Assembly (NCBI GenBank): GCA_028534125.1
Contig: CM052832.1
Location: 22,198,001-22,262,000 of the forward strand
Reading direction: 5' to 3'
Length of the DNA: 64,000 nt
DNA from: Lama glama
Lineage: Eukaryota
Shown: piece by piece, positions 38,651 to 51,349 of the stretch
How positions within the stretch are numbered: the first letter of the stretch is position 1
Layout of the letters: every line of letters starts with the position of its first letter
Made by a program: the position numbers and the translations under genes
Notes under the pieces: generated by a model
What the model saw: the letters and a program-made list of their open reading frames with translations, nothing else
Told to the model about the DNA's origin: nothing
Databases searched by the model: none

Positions 38651-39587
38651 CTGATTTTTTCGGGCATGTGTCTGGGGGTCTCTGAGAAAGGGTTAATGAT
38701 CAATGCACATCAGTAGGATTAAATCCTGGCATGAAAAAGGAAGTGGGGCTGGAGAGAGAAAAATGGGCTGGGGAACAGGAGGAAGCTACAGGCGGAAGGA
38801 GGACTTTGGCCAGTGTTGACATGCAGTAGACAGGGCAGGGGTGGGGGTGCTGGAGATGGAGGGGGGCTGTGTAGAGTGGGAGGCTAACACTGATACAGGA
38901 ATTGGGAGTGGCATGTGGCACTCTGGGGACAGTGGTGCAGCCATGGCGGGGGTTCCCACTGGGATGTGTAAGAGAGGGTCCTAGGTGGTAGGGAGATGGA
39001 GTGTTTCATCCTGTCCTGAAGGAATTGGGACCTGGAAGCAATGCAGAGAGAACCATTGGACGGTTCTAATGAATCAAGTTCTTTGCTAAGCACCATGGGG
39101 TGTCAGTTCTCTAGGGCATAATTCCAGTGACGGGTTAGCCATGGGATCTTAGGGGGCTTTTCCCCACAATTCTTTCCTGCTTGCAGGGTATGCCCTTTAA
39201 AATGCCATTAAAAACACAAGACAGAACTGGTCTCTACAGAATTTTTTCCTGCCACGACCCTTGTCTGCTGTCCAGGACCTTGTGCCTGGATGCCAGAGCA
39301 GATGAGAGACTGTACAGTGATAGTCCTGTGCGGCCTCTTCAAATGGAAACCAGTTCCACCCATCATTTGTTTTGCATTTATTTTGGCAGTTGGGAGGGAA
39401 TTTTCCCATTTCAAAGCATCTGGACCCACTAACATTAGGTCAGGTTCCCACCCTGCCTTACTTAGCTTTAATTGCCTTCACTTTCTCGGGTAGACAGACA
39501 GCCAAGGTTGTGGAGAAAGAACATTTATATCCCAGCCTCTGAGGTACCTTTGCCCCAGTCCTGGTCCTCCGCGGTTATAGCTGTGCT

Positions 39588-39606
39588 TGGCCAGCAGAGG
39601 GCGCCA
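39588..39606 (+). promoter_or_regulatory. CTCF motif (forward)
   Basis: TGGCCAGCAGAGGGCGCCA fits the core CCASYAGRKGGCRS without mismatch. Confidence 0.7.
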
Positions 39607-39824
39607 CGGAGTGCTGCGCCTCCCCTGAGCCACCCACCTCATTAACGTCCTTTCAACTAGATTTCTCTCTTAGGCGGACTTTTAAAGAAACAGAACAAGG
39701 AAAGATCACGTTACGTTTAACAAGCTACGGAAATAACACCTGTGTTTACGATGGGTACATTTGAAAACATGAAAGAAAAATCAAAGACTGAAGACTCTTC
39801 AACTTTTTCACTTTATTTTCGCAG

Positions 39825-40008
39825 AGCAAAACCCTCCTTTTTGGAATACTTAAGCTACCTTCTCAACTTCATGAGTGTCATAGCTGGCCCTTGTAACAAT
39901 TTCAAGGATTATGTAGCCTTCATTGAGGGGAGACATACACACATGAAATTGCTGGAAGTGAACTGGAAGGAAAAAGGTTTCCACAGCCTGCCAGAACCTT
40001 CTCCCACT
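39825..40008 (+). CDS. MBOAT1: MBOAT1 coding exon 7
   Basis: Acceptor ctttattttcgcag, donor ACT|gtaagt; 184 nt; encodes AKPSFLEYLSYLLNFMSVIAGPCNNFKDYVAFIEG...EPSPT, including the MBOAT-family AGP motif. Confidence 0.97.
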
Positions 40009-41811
40009 GTAAGTTTTTAGTGCCAAGTATTGACTCAGAGGTCCAGAAAACAGAGCTTTGCTGCCCGGGCTGACTGTCACTAAACACATTCTAATTAAAA
40101 GCCAAACACCTTACCAGAAAGCTTGGCCGATAACTTCCCCCCTATTTGTTTTAAAATACCAGTATTGGTCTGTATTTGCCGTGGTTCTCTGTGTCGGAGC
40201 AACAGAAGTTTATTTCACAAAGGAGCTCACTGCCTGGGGATATTGAAGCAACTCACCCATTAGCCAACCAGCCAATATTTAGTGCCTACGATGTGCTCAG
40301 CATTGGGCTAGTTAACACATTCAGATTTATGGGCGTTTTGTCTTAATGAATAGAAATTCATAGACAGCCCAAGGATACTGTGTCACAAAAGGTGGTGGGG
40401 GAAAGAGCAGGGACCAGAATAAATGTGCTTTTGACTGAAGAACCTGCTTCTGGCAAGGGAAACCAGTTTTACACCCGCATGCTTGGTGCTCGCTTTTATT
40501 GACGTCAAGAGAGTTCAAGATGGTTTTTTGAAATCATATTTTAATTTTAATCTGAAATGTATTCATCTCAAATCTGTCAGCATTAGGGTAACTCATTGAA
40601 CTTGGCCCTTGTGCTGAATTCATTCAGATCAAATATCGTAGATTTAAGGGAAATTTGTAATCAATTGATGGGATGGAGAAAATTGGAAAAGGGGAAATTG
40701 AGAATAAGTTATTTAAAAATGCAAACGTCTGGGCAATCTTGAGTATTTGAAAATGTAAGTGACTGATTAATTAAGCATGAATTTCAGAGCTTTGACATAG
40801 TCGGGTCCTCGCACTTCAGGGTGAGTCTGGGCTCCAGCAGCTTTATTGACAAAATCTAAGAGTGAGGTCGCCATGGCTGTGAGACGTCAAAGTAACCACA
40901 GGCTTCTGGGCAGATTCTGTCGCAGGAGTGCTGTGTTTGTTTCACATGCTTTTATTTGAAAAATGATATTATCAGAGAGTCTTCACATCACTCTCCAAGG
41001 AGACGCTTGCATTTCTGTGCAATCTCTCCAAGGAGATTGCTAAGCGGTGAGGCTGCATTTTGGCTAAAGACACACTGATCGGGGGGGGCCTGGCACGCGC
41101 AAGCTGCTGCCCCCCTCGGTGGTGTCATAGTGAATCGTGGTGCGCACTTAACCGGGAGCCCGGCACTGTTCTCAGTACCTTGTAAATACTCACGCGCTTC
41201 AGCCCCAAGCTGCCCCGTGAGGGAGGTGCTATTGCTGTCACTAAATTACAAATCAAAGCAGTGTGTTTATAAAAAATCAGGAGCTGTAACTGTTTGCTGG
41301 CATTCCCTGAAATGTCAGGGGGATCGGGCAGAATTAATCCGGCCAGGGGAATTAAAAACCTCAGTGCATCTTAACCGCAGAGCAGACTGCATGTAAACCA
41401 TCCTGAAGGGTGTTCTAAAGTTTTCCACGACCTGCCCACGTCCTGGCTCGGACGGTGACTCTCCCTAGCTAAGCCTGGGTGCTCCTCGCTGGGAATTCAA
41501 ACCCATTTCCTGGGCCCTGCCTGCTGCAAAGTGGAAGGCCAGTGGGTCTGTCTTTCTGATGGAAGATTGCCACCCTGGAGGGTTATTGATTTCTCTTATG
41601 TTTTGGGAAAGTAGACCTCCAGGCCCTCGTTGGTAGAACTTGCTGGTGAAAGTTGTCTTCTGTTGCAGATACACCCGCAGGGTCCGAGGTGTACCCTGCG
41701 TCGGACTGCAGCCCGTCACGCAGTCTCTGCCGTCAGGACGAATGCCTCCCGCCACTCCTTCCGGAGAAGGCTTCTGAATGCTCACCCTCATTTTCTGCCC
41801 CCCGTTTTCAG

Positions 41812-42004
41812 GGAGCTGTGATACACAAACTGTGCATGACCTTGGTGTCTCTCCTGTTGTTTCTGACCCTCACAAAGACCTTCCCTGCCACCTGCCTGGC
41901 TGACGACTGGTTTGTTCACAGAGCAAACTTTCTGGCTCGGCTCTGCTATCTGTACGTCGTCATGCAAGCCTCGAAGCCCAAGTATTACTTTGCCTGGACG
42001 TTAG
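41812..42004 (+). CDS. MBOAT1: MBOAT1 coding exon 8
   Basis: Acceptor ccccgttttcag, donor G|gtgagt; 193 nt; encodes GAVIHKLCMTLVSLLLFLTLTKTF...KPKYYFAWTL. Confidence 0.97.
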
Positions 42005-42934
42005 GTGAGTTCCACGGAGCGGTGCTACGTGAGTGAGGGGAGGGGCCTCCTCGGGTGGCTTGGCCAGAGCCACGTGTGGATCACCTAATCAAACAAACAA
42101 ACAAAAAAAGGTCCTGTACCTAACGGAAGGCAGCACAGCCCTCCCCGTCCCGCCATCCATACGCTCAATTATCCGTGATCAGGAGAAAAGAAATCCTGGC
42201 TGCTGTTTAAACCCAAAGTTAGTAACAGATGTCAGAACCTGGAAGCTGTGGCTTCTACCAATGAAACTTGGCTATTGAGTGCACCAGGTTCGGGAAAAAC
42301 TCCAGACTGATCTGGATTTCTTGTAATTTTTCTGGGTTGTCCATAAGACAAGATACACACTGACTTCCTTTTACCATCACGTGTGCTAATTGCTACCTTA
42401 GGTTACACATTTTAAGACATTGTGGGTTAAGCTTTATGCCTTAGAAAGAAGCCAACTTCCAAGTGGTTTTTTCCGAAGGTAGAAAGTTGAACTTAATTTG
42501 GTTTTATCACACTGTTTTTTTCCTGTGAGGTAACTTTAGTCAGTATTAAACTTTTCTCTCTTTCCTTTTAAAGAATTTTAGACTGGGAAAGCTTCAATCT
42601 ATGCTAAAGTGAGCCGTAAACCCGCCTATTTAGTTACCAAGAATGGTAAAGTATTTGGATAAGGCGGGACCGCGCATCTGTTTACATGGGGAGCCCTTTC
42701 GGGAAGGGAAGTTTAACACCTTAGCTGAAAGTGACTGGGGCCTGACGTCAGAGAGCGGTGACTTGGTTCATTAAGTCTAATAGATTATTGGACCCGGTTC
42801 CTAGTGCCTAGTCCATATTCCATCAGCGAGGGCAGGGCACTTAACTGACTTCCTCTTCTCTCGTTTCATGCTCCCAGGTTTTTAGCCCTAAAATCAAGTT
42901 TGTAAGCTACTAAATTATTTTTTTCACCAGCTAC

Positions 42935-43135
42935 TTTTTTATTGTGGTAAAATATACATGACATAAAATTTTCCATTTTAACCGTCTGTAGTGGACAATT
43001 TAATGGCGTTAAGTTCATTCACAGTGTTGTGTAACCATCACCGCCATCCATCTCAAGAACTTTTTCTATCACCTGAAACAGAAACTGTCCATTAAAGTCG
43101 TGACTCCCCATGTCTCTTTCTCCCTTGTTCCTGGT
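42935..43135 (-). mobile_element. Old L1 (L1MB-like) 3' terminal fragment
   Basis: attgtggtaaaatatacat...aaccatcaccgccatccatctcaagaact...gactcccca. Confidence 0.85.
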
Positions 43136-43149
43136 CCAAATTATTTTTA

Positions 43150-43256
43150 GGCTTATTTAGTTCTTTATTTTTTAAGTGGTGGTACTGGGGATTGAACCCA
43201 GGACCTCGTGCATGCTAAGCAGGCACTGCACCACTGAGGTGTACCCATGCACCCAC
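43150..43256 (-). mobile_element. tRNA-Ala-derived camelid SINE (vic-1 type)
   Basis: tRNA-Ala-like head with B box GGTTCAATCCC; perfect 14-bp TSD ccaaattattttta at 43136-43149 and 43257-43270. Confidence 0.92.
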
Positions 43257-44949
43257 CCAAATTATTTTTAAAGGTTGAAATGTTCAGAGGTAAGTTCAGT
43301 CCAGGGCAGTGTTTGTGTAACACTTGATCAGAGAGAGACTGAGAGCTTTTCTAAAATTCGCCACGTGGGAAATTTTGTTTCTGGTCACATTCAGTTTAAT
43401 TCAGGGAGTTTTGATTGCCAGGCTCTGTGCTGTGGGGAACTCAGAGGTGAGACATCTCAGTCCTCAAGATTGTTCCCCTGTGTGGGAACACAGGTGAGTC
43501 CACCAACCAGGCGACAGGCGTCCCGGGCTGTCCCAGTGGCAGGATCACAGAGAGGATGTACATGGACTGGCCCCTGGGGGGGGGGGCTCCCGCAGTCTCC
43601 TGGTATCTGATTCCTTTTTCTGCAGATGCTCTATTATTTAAAGCTAATTTCCTTAGTAGGTAGGCATTACACCTGCTCTGGATGGAACCCTACTTGGAAT
43701 AGCGGGCATGTTTTTCTATGTGAAGTAGCATTTTTGCTTTGCTCTAAACTGTGTGTGTGTGTAAGTGTAACAGAGACTCTCTCACTCCTTCACCGCCCTC
43801 TACTTCTTCACTCAGCCTCCTTTTCCCTCCCTGCTCCCCTTCCCGCTCCCACATTCTGTGCCCCAGGGCTTAAGGGCTGGCTTCTGGACTAAATCAGCTC
43901 CTGATTTAAGGTGGAAAGAAAGGCCATTCCACGGCCTCATAGGCAAAGTCTAACACGAGGCGGGTCGTGCTGGCGGGGATCTGGGTGAGGAGGGGGTGTC
44001 TGGCATCACCCTGCCACTTGGGGAATGAGCCCAGGTATCTGGAGTACAGAAGTGGCCCTTTCCGTGGATAGCTCTCTCATGGACTTACCTCTTTGTCTTT
44101 TCTTTGCCCGCTTCCTTCCATTTCTGTATTGTTTAGGGTAGCTCCCAGGGAAACAGTTCATTAATTTGCGTGGCCTCAATTTGAAGTTGGTTTTAGTTTA
44201 GATTGCATGGGCTGGCCCGAAATTAACCTTTGTATCCTTTATGAATAAAGAAGCGGTGAAGAGTGGAACAGGGAATATTTAAGCTGCTTAACCGAGTAAT
44301 TGTTTTATCCAGCTCCTTAAAACACCATTTACTTATAATTGATGTACTAATTATACATAATTATAAATTTAATCCTATAGCTGGCCTCCTGATGCATCTC
44401 AGCGAAGCTGCACTGTGTAAGCCTAGTTCTGGTTCTATTTCTATTGAAAGAATATACTCCCACCCCACCCCCCCAAAAAAAACCTAAAAAAAAAAGAATA
44501 TGGCTGTTTTCTTTCGACTTAAGGCATAAGGCTGATTGTTTCTCTCCTACTAATTAGTACTAATTAGTGTGGTCAGTTTTAGCCCAGGCTGTGTTCTCAA
44601 GATCACAGACTCTAAAATATGGGTGTCCAAGTTAATTTATCTTCAGTAATATGTTAGAGCCATGCAGAATGCGAGCAAAGACAGCTTTGGAAGAAGAATC
44701 GCAAAGGCAAAACCCAGTCTTGGATACACAGTAGCAGGATGTGCTGAAGGGGCGGCGGGAGTTCTCACGTTGTCAGATGCGGTGGTTCTGAGAGTTGCCG
44801 CTTCTGGTTCTCCATCGTCCCCGTCTCCGACGGCTGTGGAATGAGGGCTAGTCTTCAGATTCCGGCGTTGTCGACCCGCTGAGTGATCTTCATGTTAACA
44901 TCACTACTGAGCTTTAGTCCTCTTAGGAGCAAGATTGGGGCGGTGGTAA

Positions 44950-45180
44950 CACCACCACCACCACCACCAATAATAATAATAATAGCTAACCTTTCCGAGT
45001 GCTGCCCTGGGCCAGTCCCTGTGCTATGCACGCTACGTGTACTCAACTTGGTTTAATCCTTTCAACATCCTTTTAAAATAGGTACCGTTATTATATCCAT
45101 TTTCTGCCCAAGAGGAAAGGTTTCTAGAAGTTAGACAACTCTCCCTTGGCTGTGAACTGACCCCGTTCCCAAGTGAGCTA
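44950..45180 (-). mobile_element. MIR with a compound (CAC)n(AAT)n tail
   Basis: caccaccaccaccaccaccaataataataataatagctaac...tttaatcct...taggtaccgttattat. Confidence 0.7.
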
Positions 45181-45310
45181 GGGACCCGGGAGCCCTGCCC
45201 CTCCCCCACTCTTCCCCATCATCTTCACACCGTTGTGAGCATTGAATAAGAAATGTCTGTGCAATGCTTTGTAGATTCCTGGGAAGATAGAAAGCACCAA
45301 AAAAGTTTTT

Positions 45311-45315
<5 letters not shown>

Positions 45316-45340
<25 letters not shown>
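45316..45340. repeat. Poly(T) run, about 25 nt
   Basis: Directly visible. Confidence 0.95.
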
Positions 45341-45341
<1 letters not shown>

Positions 45342-46784
45342 GATCTGACCACGTGGGGCAGATCTGAGGCTGGAGATGGGGGAAGGGGTCCTGGGGTTGC
45401 TCTGCTGGTCCCGCATGGTCAGTCCAGCCCTGGTTTTAGTTGTCAGCACAGACCTCAAGAGCTCATCTTCTCCTGGTTTAGTTTATGTCTGTCATTCACC
45501 ATTTGTGGCCACACACTGAAAACTGTCAGTTTCTTCACAGAAACATCCTATCCTGGCTTTGTTCAACTTTTCCACTGAGTTTCCTTTCAGTCAGCTTGGG
45601 AGAAAGACGTATCAGAACTCAGTACTTTTCCTTCTTTCTTCTAAAAGAAACCAGATCATTTTACAGTGAAGCCAAGCATAAGATAAGCAAGATGAAATCA
45701 TCAACTCTGCCAAGAGTAAGGGAGCCAGACTTAGAACAGGTGGCTTTTCTTCAGAGTAGCCCTGCAGGAATCTGACGTGAGTTGGACATGAACGCCCATA
45801 AAAACTGAATGCATGGAGCCACAGGAAAGGAACTTTTCTCTGAAATCTCCCCCAGACCTAAGACTTGACAGTGCTATGGCTTCATTAGTTTGATTAATTA
45901 TTTTTTTTTAAGAAAATAACAGAATGAGCTGAAAAGAAGACAAATGGAAAGAGAAAGTTAGCCTCTTGGCCTCGTAATGCAAGCATGTTGATTTCATCAG
46001 ACCTCTTTGATTATATATATAATCATTAAGGAATTGATTAGAAATGAAATACGGCTGGAGGACACTTTCTTAGAGTTTATGGAAATGAAATAATGATGGA
46101 AGTGAGGCTTTTAGACTGACTTTGAGGTAGGATGGCTTTGGTGACTGTGTCCACACGTGGCCTCTGTGGCAGCTGGCCCCAGATTCACATCTCTAGCTCT
46201 GTTCTTTTTCCCGGGTTCTAAGTTCTGTGTCTTAACCACCTCCACTGCAATCCTAGTGGCTTGTCATGCTTCACACGTCCAGAACGAGCTCCATTTTCTT
46301 TCAGAGCTGGTTCTCCTCCTGATGAACTGCTGTCTGTCAGCCTGTGTCCTGCCATCTTTAATGACAGCTCTTGGATGGGGGCCCCTGTATCTTCTGGTCT
46401 CTGCTTCTGAGCTTCTGTGTATTTTTACCTTTCTCTTTCCTCTTCTGTCAAGTTGGTCACTAAATTGTCCCATTTCTTTGTTTTGTTCCTTCATTGCTCT
46501 TTTTCTCATCTTGCATTCTGTGAGCATCTGGCATCCTTCTTCTTACTTAGCAGGTGCTCACTAGATGCTCGTGAAGGAATAAAAGTTGAGGTCTCCAAAG
46601 AGCCAGAACTCCATTCCATCATGGTACCAGGTCCTTCACATTTTTTGTTTGTTTGTTTGTTTGTTTCTTTTCCAAGGAAACAACTGCCTGCCATCACCTT
46701 AAAGCTAGACAGACATGTAGTGTCCTTTAAAGCAGCCATTTGACTTTTGTTCTATATCCTAATGTGTTGTTTTAAAAACCATAG

Positions 46785-46888
46785 CTGATGCAGTGAATAA
46801 CGCAGCTGGCTTTGGCTTCAGTGGAGTGGATAAGAATGGAAATTTCTGTTGGGATCTACTTTCTAACCTAAACATCTGGAAGATTGAG
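46785..46888 (+). CDS. MBOAT1: MBOAT1 coding exon 9
   Basis: Acceptor aaccatag, donor GAG|gtgagt; 104 nt; encodes (A)DAVNNAAGFGFSGVDKNGNFCWDLLSNLNIWKIE; missed by the ORF track. Confidence 0.96.
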
Positions 46889-49151
46889 GTGAGTTAATCA
46901 TGCTTTTAAATCAGGCTGTCATGGTGAACAAAGCAAATGGTTTGCTTTGAGTGTAATACCCAGAGTTCATTATCAGGGTCCCAGGAAAAGCTGCTCTTGG
47001 GGAGTATCAGGTCCAGCAGCCTCCCAGACACTTTTTATCTCAGGATCTTTTTCTTTTTCTTTTTAAGATACCTAGTTTCTTGGCAGTATTCATGGTCCAA
47101 GTCATAATGATACACACACACACACAGATCTGAAAAAGAGCCAGGCAAATCTTTCTGTTCCTTCCATTCTTACTCTATCAACTCGAAAAGTACAGATGTC
47201 ATTTTCTCTTGCTCACTTTCTGCTCTCCTCGGTCAAGATACAGACTAGCAGTTGTATTTACAGTTCACCATCACACGTGTTCTCTGTGGCTCCTTTGGAA
47301 ACAGTTAGCATGCATTCGCTTTTAAGAATGGTCACCATGCTTTTAGGCTGCCAGAGTCAGTGTGGCTTTTCTCTTTTGCTGGCTGTGCTTTGGCACTACC
47401 GTTCTCCGAGGCTCCATCACTAGAGGTGGTCTCTTTGGGGCTACATCCTTCTTGGTTTCCTTGGCGTGGCCATCCCTTGGGGCTGAAAAGAATGCCAAGT
47501 CTTGAACCACTTCCTCCTTGCAGCTGGGTGGGAGTAAGGACAGGATTCTCCACATTACAGAAGTGCGGGTTCTCTAGCCAGGTGATGCATGGTTGCTGTT
47601 GGTGATGGTTCTCCACCCACCACGGGGCAGGCAGAGTGCCAGCGGGGAGTCCGGGCAGAGGGGGACTGTGCATGCAGAGCAGAAAACCCGGGATGTGGGG
47701 ACGACCACCTGCCACCCATATTAGGTGGGAACTAGGCCACAAGGAGACATGGGGGACACACCCTCCACCTTCTTGATGCCTGGGACGTCTCTTCATGTTG
47801 AATGGACAAGCTCCAGCCCCCAGAGCAACCTTTTTCATTTTTGGAAAAGCAGCGTAGATAATGCACAAGCTCCTTTTTTTCCTGTATGGATGATGCCAGG
47901 GAGAGAGCAACATAGTACGATTCTCCTTTTTCCCACTAAAATTCTCTCCCTCAAAACTCGTGGAGCACAGCCGGCCGCTGTGGGGTGCGGTGGGCAAGGG
48001 TCCTTCAGAGTGGTTCTCCTTGACCTTGGGCTGCCCACTTGGCCCCTCGGCTGTGCACCGGAAGACAGAGTCCTCTCACTGTGGGCGTGTGTTCTGGGCA
48101 AAGGGCTGAGTTAGGGCTTTCTTATCAAAGAAAACCAGAACAAGAAAGTTTGCTTTTTCCAACGAAGTTGATACAGAGCAGGGAGCTAAAGAAAACCAAG
48201 GGAGTCTGATTTAGTTAAGGCACCTCGAAGCTGTGTGTATAGCATTTTATTAGCCGTAGAAGACATGGATGGATAGAACTCCTTAGGGTCTTGAAATTAA
48301 AAACTCGTAATACAAAAATCTGTCATCAGTCTGTTCTCTCTCCCTCCCTTCCTCTCTTCCTTCCAAACGTAACAGATTAAGCCAAAGTGTAGCCTAAGGT
48401 TTTCTTACGGTTGAAACAGAAAACAGAAAAAAGTGGCATTTGCACTTCCTACCACGTTCATGAGGAATTCTGTTCTTGGATGTTTGCTTCAGCCTCTGAT
48501 AAGTCTTTTTTTTATTTTGAATGAGAAAACCCCGTTGATGGCTAATTTTGGGATCTCCCTTCCTCAGTGGTTGAATCACCTGCGTCCTTGCCAGTTGGGC
48601 AATATTTCTTTGTTTTCTTTTCTGTCTTGTGACTCCTTCATGCATAAAATCTCTTACTATTCCAGACACAACTGGAAGCCTTTGAACCTCTGTAGCTGTT
48701 TTGTAGACTAACTTCACAAAACTGACCTAGTTTACAGACAGCCACGTCCATGCAAAGATGACAGTTAAATTCAGACTGTCTCCGTAAAGGCGCTAAATTC
48801 ACATGATTAAACCCTTCCTGTGGCAAATCCCATTTTAGAGTACTTAGTTTAAAAATTCAGATGACTGAAAAGTTTTTGTTGAACCAGAATGGAAGGAAAA
48901 CACACAGAACATTCCTTCAGTTGTCCTATAATTTGAAAATAGCATTTGAGAAAAATGGAGACTTTGCAAGCCAAGTTTTAGTTGCAAAGTAGATGTTAGA
49001 AACACGGGGAAATTTTACTGTCTCCTCTTGACTCAGTCATCACTATAGAAAGATCCCATCTAATCTGCCACGAGGGAAATTCTGAGGAGGACTTTCCATT
49101 TCTTGGGGTGTTTTTAAAGCTAATGATAGGTGCTATTTTTCTCCCTTTCAG

Positions 49152-49216
49152 ACTGCCACAAGTTTCAAAATGTATGTAGACAACTGGAATATTCAGACAG
49201 CTTCTTGGCTGAAGCG
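49152..49216 (+). CDS. MBOAT1: MBOAT1 coding exon 10 (catalytic Asn in NWN, codon 49188-49190)
   Basis: Acceptor tttctccctttcag, donor CG|gtaaga; 65 nt; encodes TATSFKMYVDNWNIQTASWLK(R). Confidence 0.96.
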
Positions 49217-49439
49217 GTAAGAAACACACCAATGACCTCATTACTCATGGCACTGGTGTATGCTTGGATGGGCATCACTAGGTAAACAGTGGTTGTCTGC
49301 CAGCAGTAATGCCATCTGACACTTTTGTTTGGTATGAACGTCTATGCTGTGTAAATGAAAGAGCAGAAATACAGTGAATTGAGAAGGTCACAATGTAGCA
49401 TATTTCTGTTAATGTATCAAACATTTAATACTGCCATTA

Positions 49440-49620
49440 TTGTGTACCAGGTACCCATTTCATTCTCATATCAATCCCATGAGATGTTGGTAGTTACTAT
49501 CCCCATTTTGTAGATGAGGCAAGTGAGGCACAGAGAGGTTATGTAACTTGCCCAAAGTCACACAGCAAACGAGTGATCGATACTAGCCCAGTCTGTCTCC
49601 AGAGCCAAGCTCTTCACCTC
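49440..49620 (-). mobile_element. MIR
   Basis: ccccattttgtagatgaggcaagtgaggcacagagaggttatgtaacttgcccaaagtcacacagc core. Confidence 0.85.
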
Positions 49621-51216
49621 TGTGATGTGCTGCTTCTTGTCTACAGGAGAGTCTCTTGCTCAGATGTCAACGAGGGTCATTGTCAGCATCAGATCACTGA
49701 AGGTTGCTGTGTTAATCCCTAGTATTGAAAGCTTTATGGTGCCCACAATGTTCATGCTTTTCAACTTGGTATTTTTGTTGCTATTTCTCTTCTTGTTTTT
49801 CTACACAGTCCGAAATTTAAAACAATACTTAATTTGGAACTAATGACATGCTATCCTTGAAGCAGCAGTTTCTAGGTAGTAAACATTCCTATCCTATGAG
49901 TGCCAGGTGAGTGTAAAGATACTAGGCTGTAGATTCTACTGTTTCTGAGAAGTAGCACTTTTCGTAGGTTAAAACATCGGGGTAAAAGAAGAGACGAGGT
50001 ATCATGAGCCCAACAAAGTCGACTCAGGCAAGTGACCTGAACATGCAGTTTTTGAAAACTTGCCCTTAATATCATTGCTGTTAATTTTGCAGATTGTTTT
50101 TGCCTAAACCTCTGTTTCTGTACACTGAGTAATTCCAATGTATGAGTCCTACAGTCCCCACTGGCAGTTTATGTTCTTTGATGATTGAACAAGCGTGCGT
50201 GCACATAAAAAGATGAAGAAAAATTTTTTTAATTATTCTAGAAAATGAAATATTTTATTCAGACAAAAAGATAGAGTGTAAGAAAGAATGCCCATGCAAA
50301 CTACCTCTTGTTTCAAAAAGAAACATTACAAGTGGGGTCCCGTCCTGTGTTTCCTCCCTCAAATTCACTTTTTTTCCCATGAAGAGAGAGCCAGGATCCT
50401 TAGTTTGGATCTAATTTGGTTACTTTTGACAGCCGTCCAGGCTGGGTTAGTGTTAACCGTTGGGGTTTCTATTTTCTCCTTCACCTGGGTCCTCTCATTG
50501 AGGAAGCCATGTGGTGGCTCCTTAACAGGGCTGCTGGAAATTCATAAACTGAATTTGGGAGGAAGTCTCCTGTCACTTTAATAAACAACCAAGAAGCCGA
50601 CGATCTCCAGGGTTTTTGCTGACATTTCTAGATCCTCACGATGTCCTCACTCTTTAAGGCAAATTCGTGGACTGGAATCCAGTGGATGCCATGAGAACTG
50701 AAAGGGTCATATAACTGACACATTGATTTTGTGCTGGAGTCAGTGCCAAGAGAGACAAAAAGGTTGCAATGCTGAGTAGTTAGATGGCATTGGGGCCAGC
50801 TTGGAGAAGTAAATTAATTTCAACTAAATGTGGATATCTGCTTTTAAAGATCCTTATCCTGATTCTAAAATTTTTAGTGCCAGCGGCACGCACTTATCCA
50901 TAGGTATTCCTGGTAGATCAGGCCATTGGTGGAATAAGCTTCTATAAGGCAGGAGCTCTCGTTGGGACCTTTTATTAGATATTGTGTGATGGGGTCCAGA
51001 TCATTTAGTTCTAAGGAGATTAACAATTCATGCATCCTCCCAAAAGGTTGAACTGTGAACGGCCTATCTGGTAGTGTTTAGTAAGTTCAAGGCTGCTTGG
51101 ATTATCAGTCGGGGACCAGGTGATGCTTGCATGCTCTGATCCACAGAGACGCAGGTGCAGGTGGAAGTTTCTGGTATGTTCAGCCTGTGGCTCAGTGTAC
51201 CTTCCTCCCTTCACAG

Positions 51217-51349
51217 AGTGTGCTACGAGCGGGTTCCCCGGTACCCCACAGTGCTCACCTTCATCCTGTCTGCCTTGTGGCATGGTGTCTATCCTGGATA
51301 CTATTTCACCTTCTTAACTGGAATCCTCGTCACACTAGCAGCCAGGACG
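51217..51349 (+). CDS. MBOAT1: MBOAT1 coding exon 11 (catalytic His in LWHG, codon 51281-51283)
   Basis: Acceptor cctcccttcacag, donor ACG|gtaagc; 133 nt; encodes VCYERVPRYPTVLTFILSALWHGVYPGYYFTFLTGILVTLAART. Confidence 0.97.

Noticed and set aside
41669..41811. Alternative upstream acceptors extending exon 8 (AG at 41667-41668 and 41679-41680)
   Set aside because: Extensions of 143 or 131 nt shift the frame; there is no evidence of use
47332..47997. 221-aa minus-strand ORF in intron 9
   Set aside because: GC-rich intronic sequence with no recognisable domain; consistent with chance
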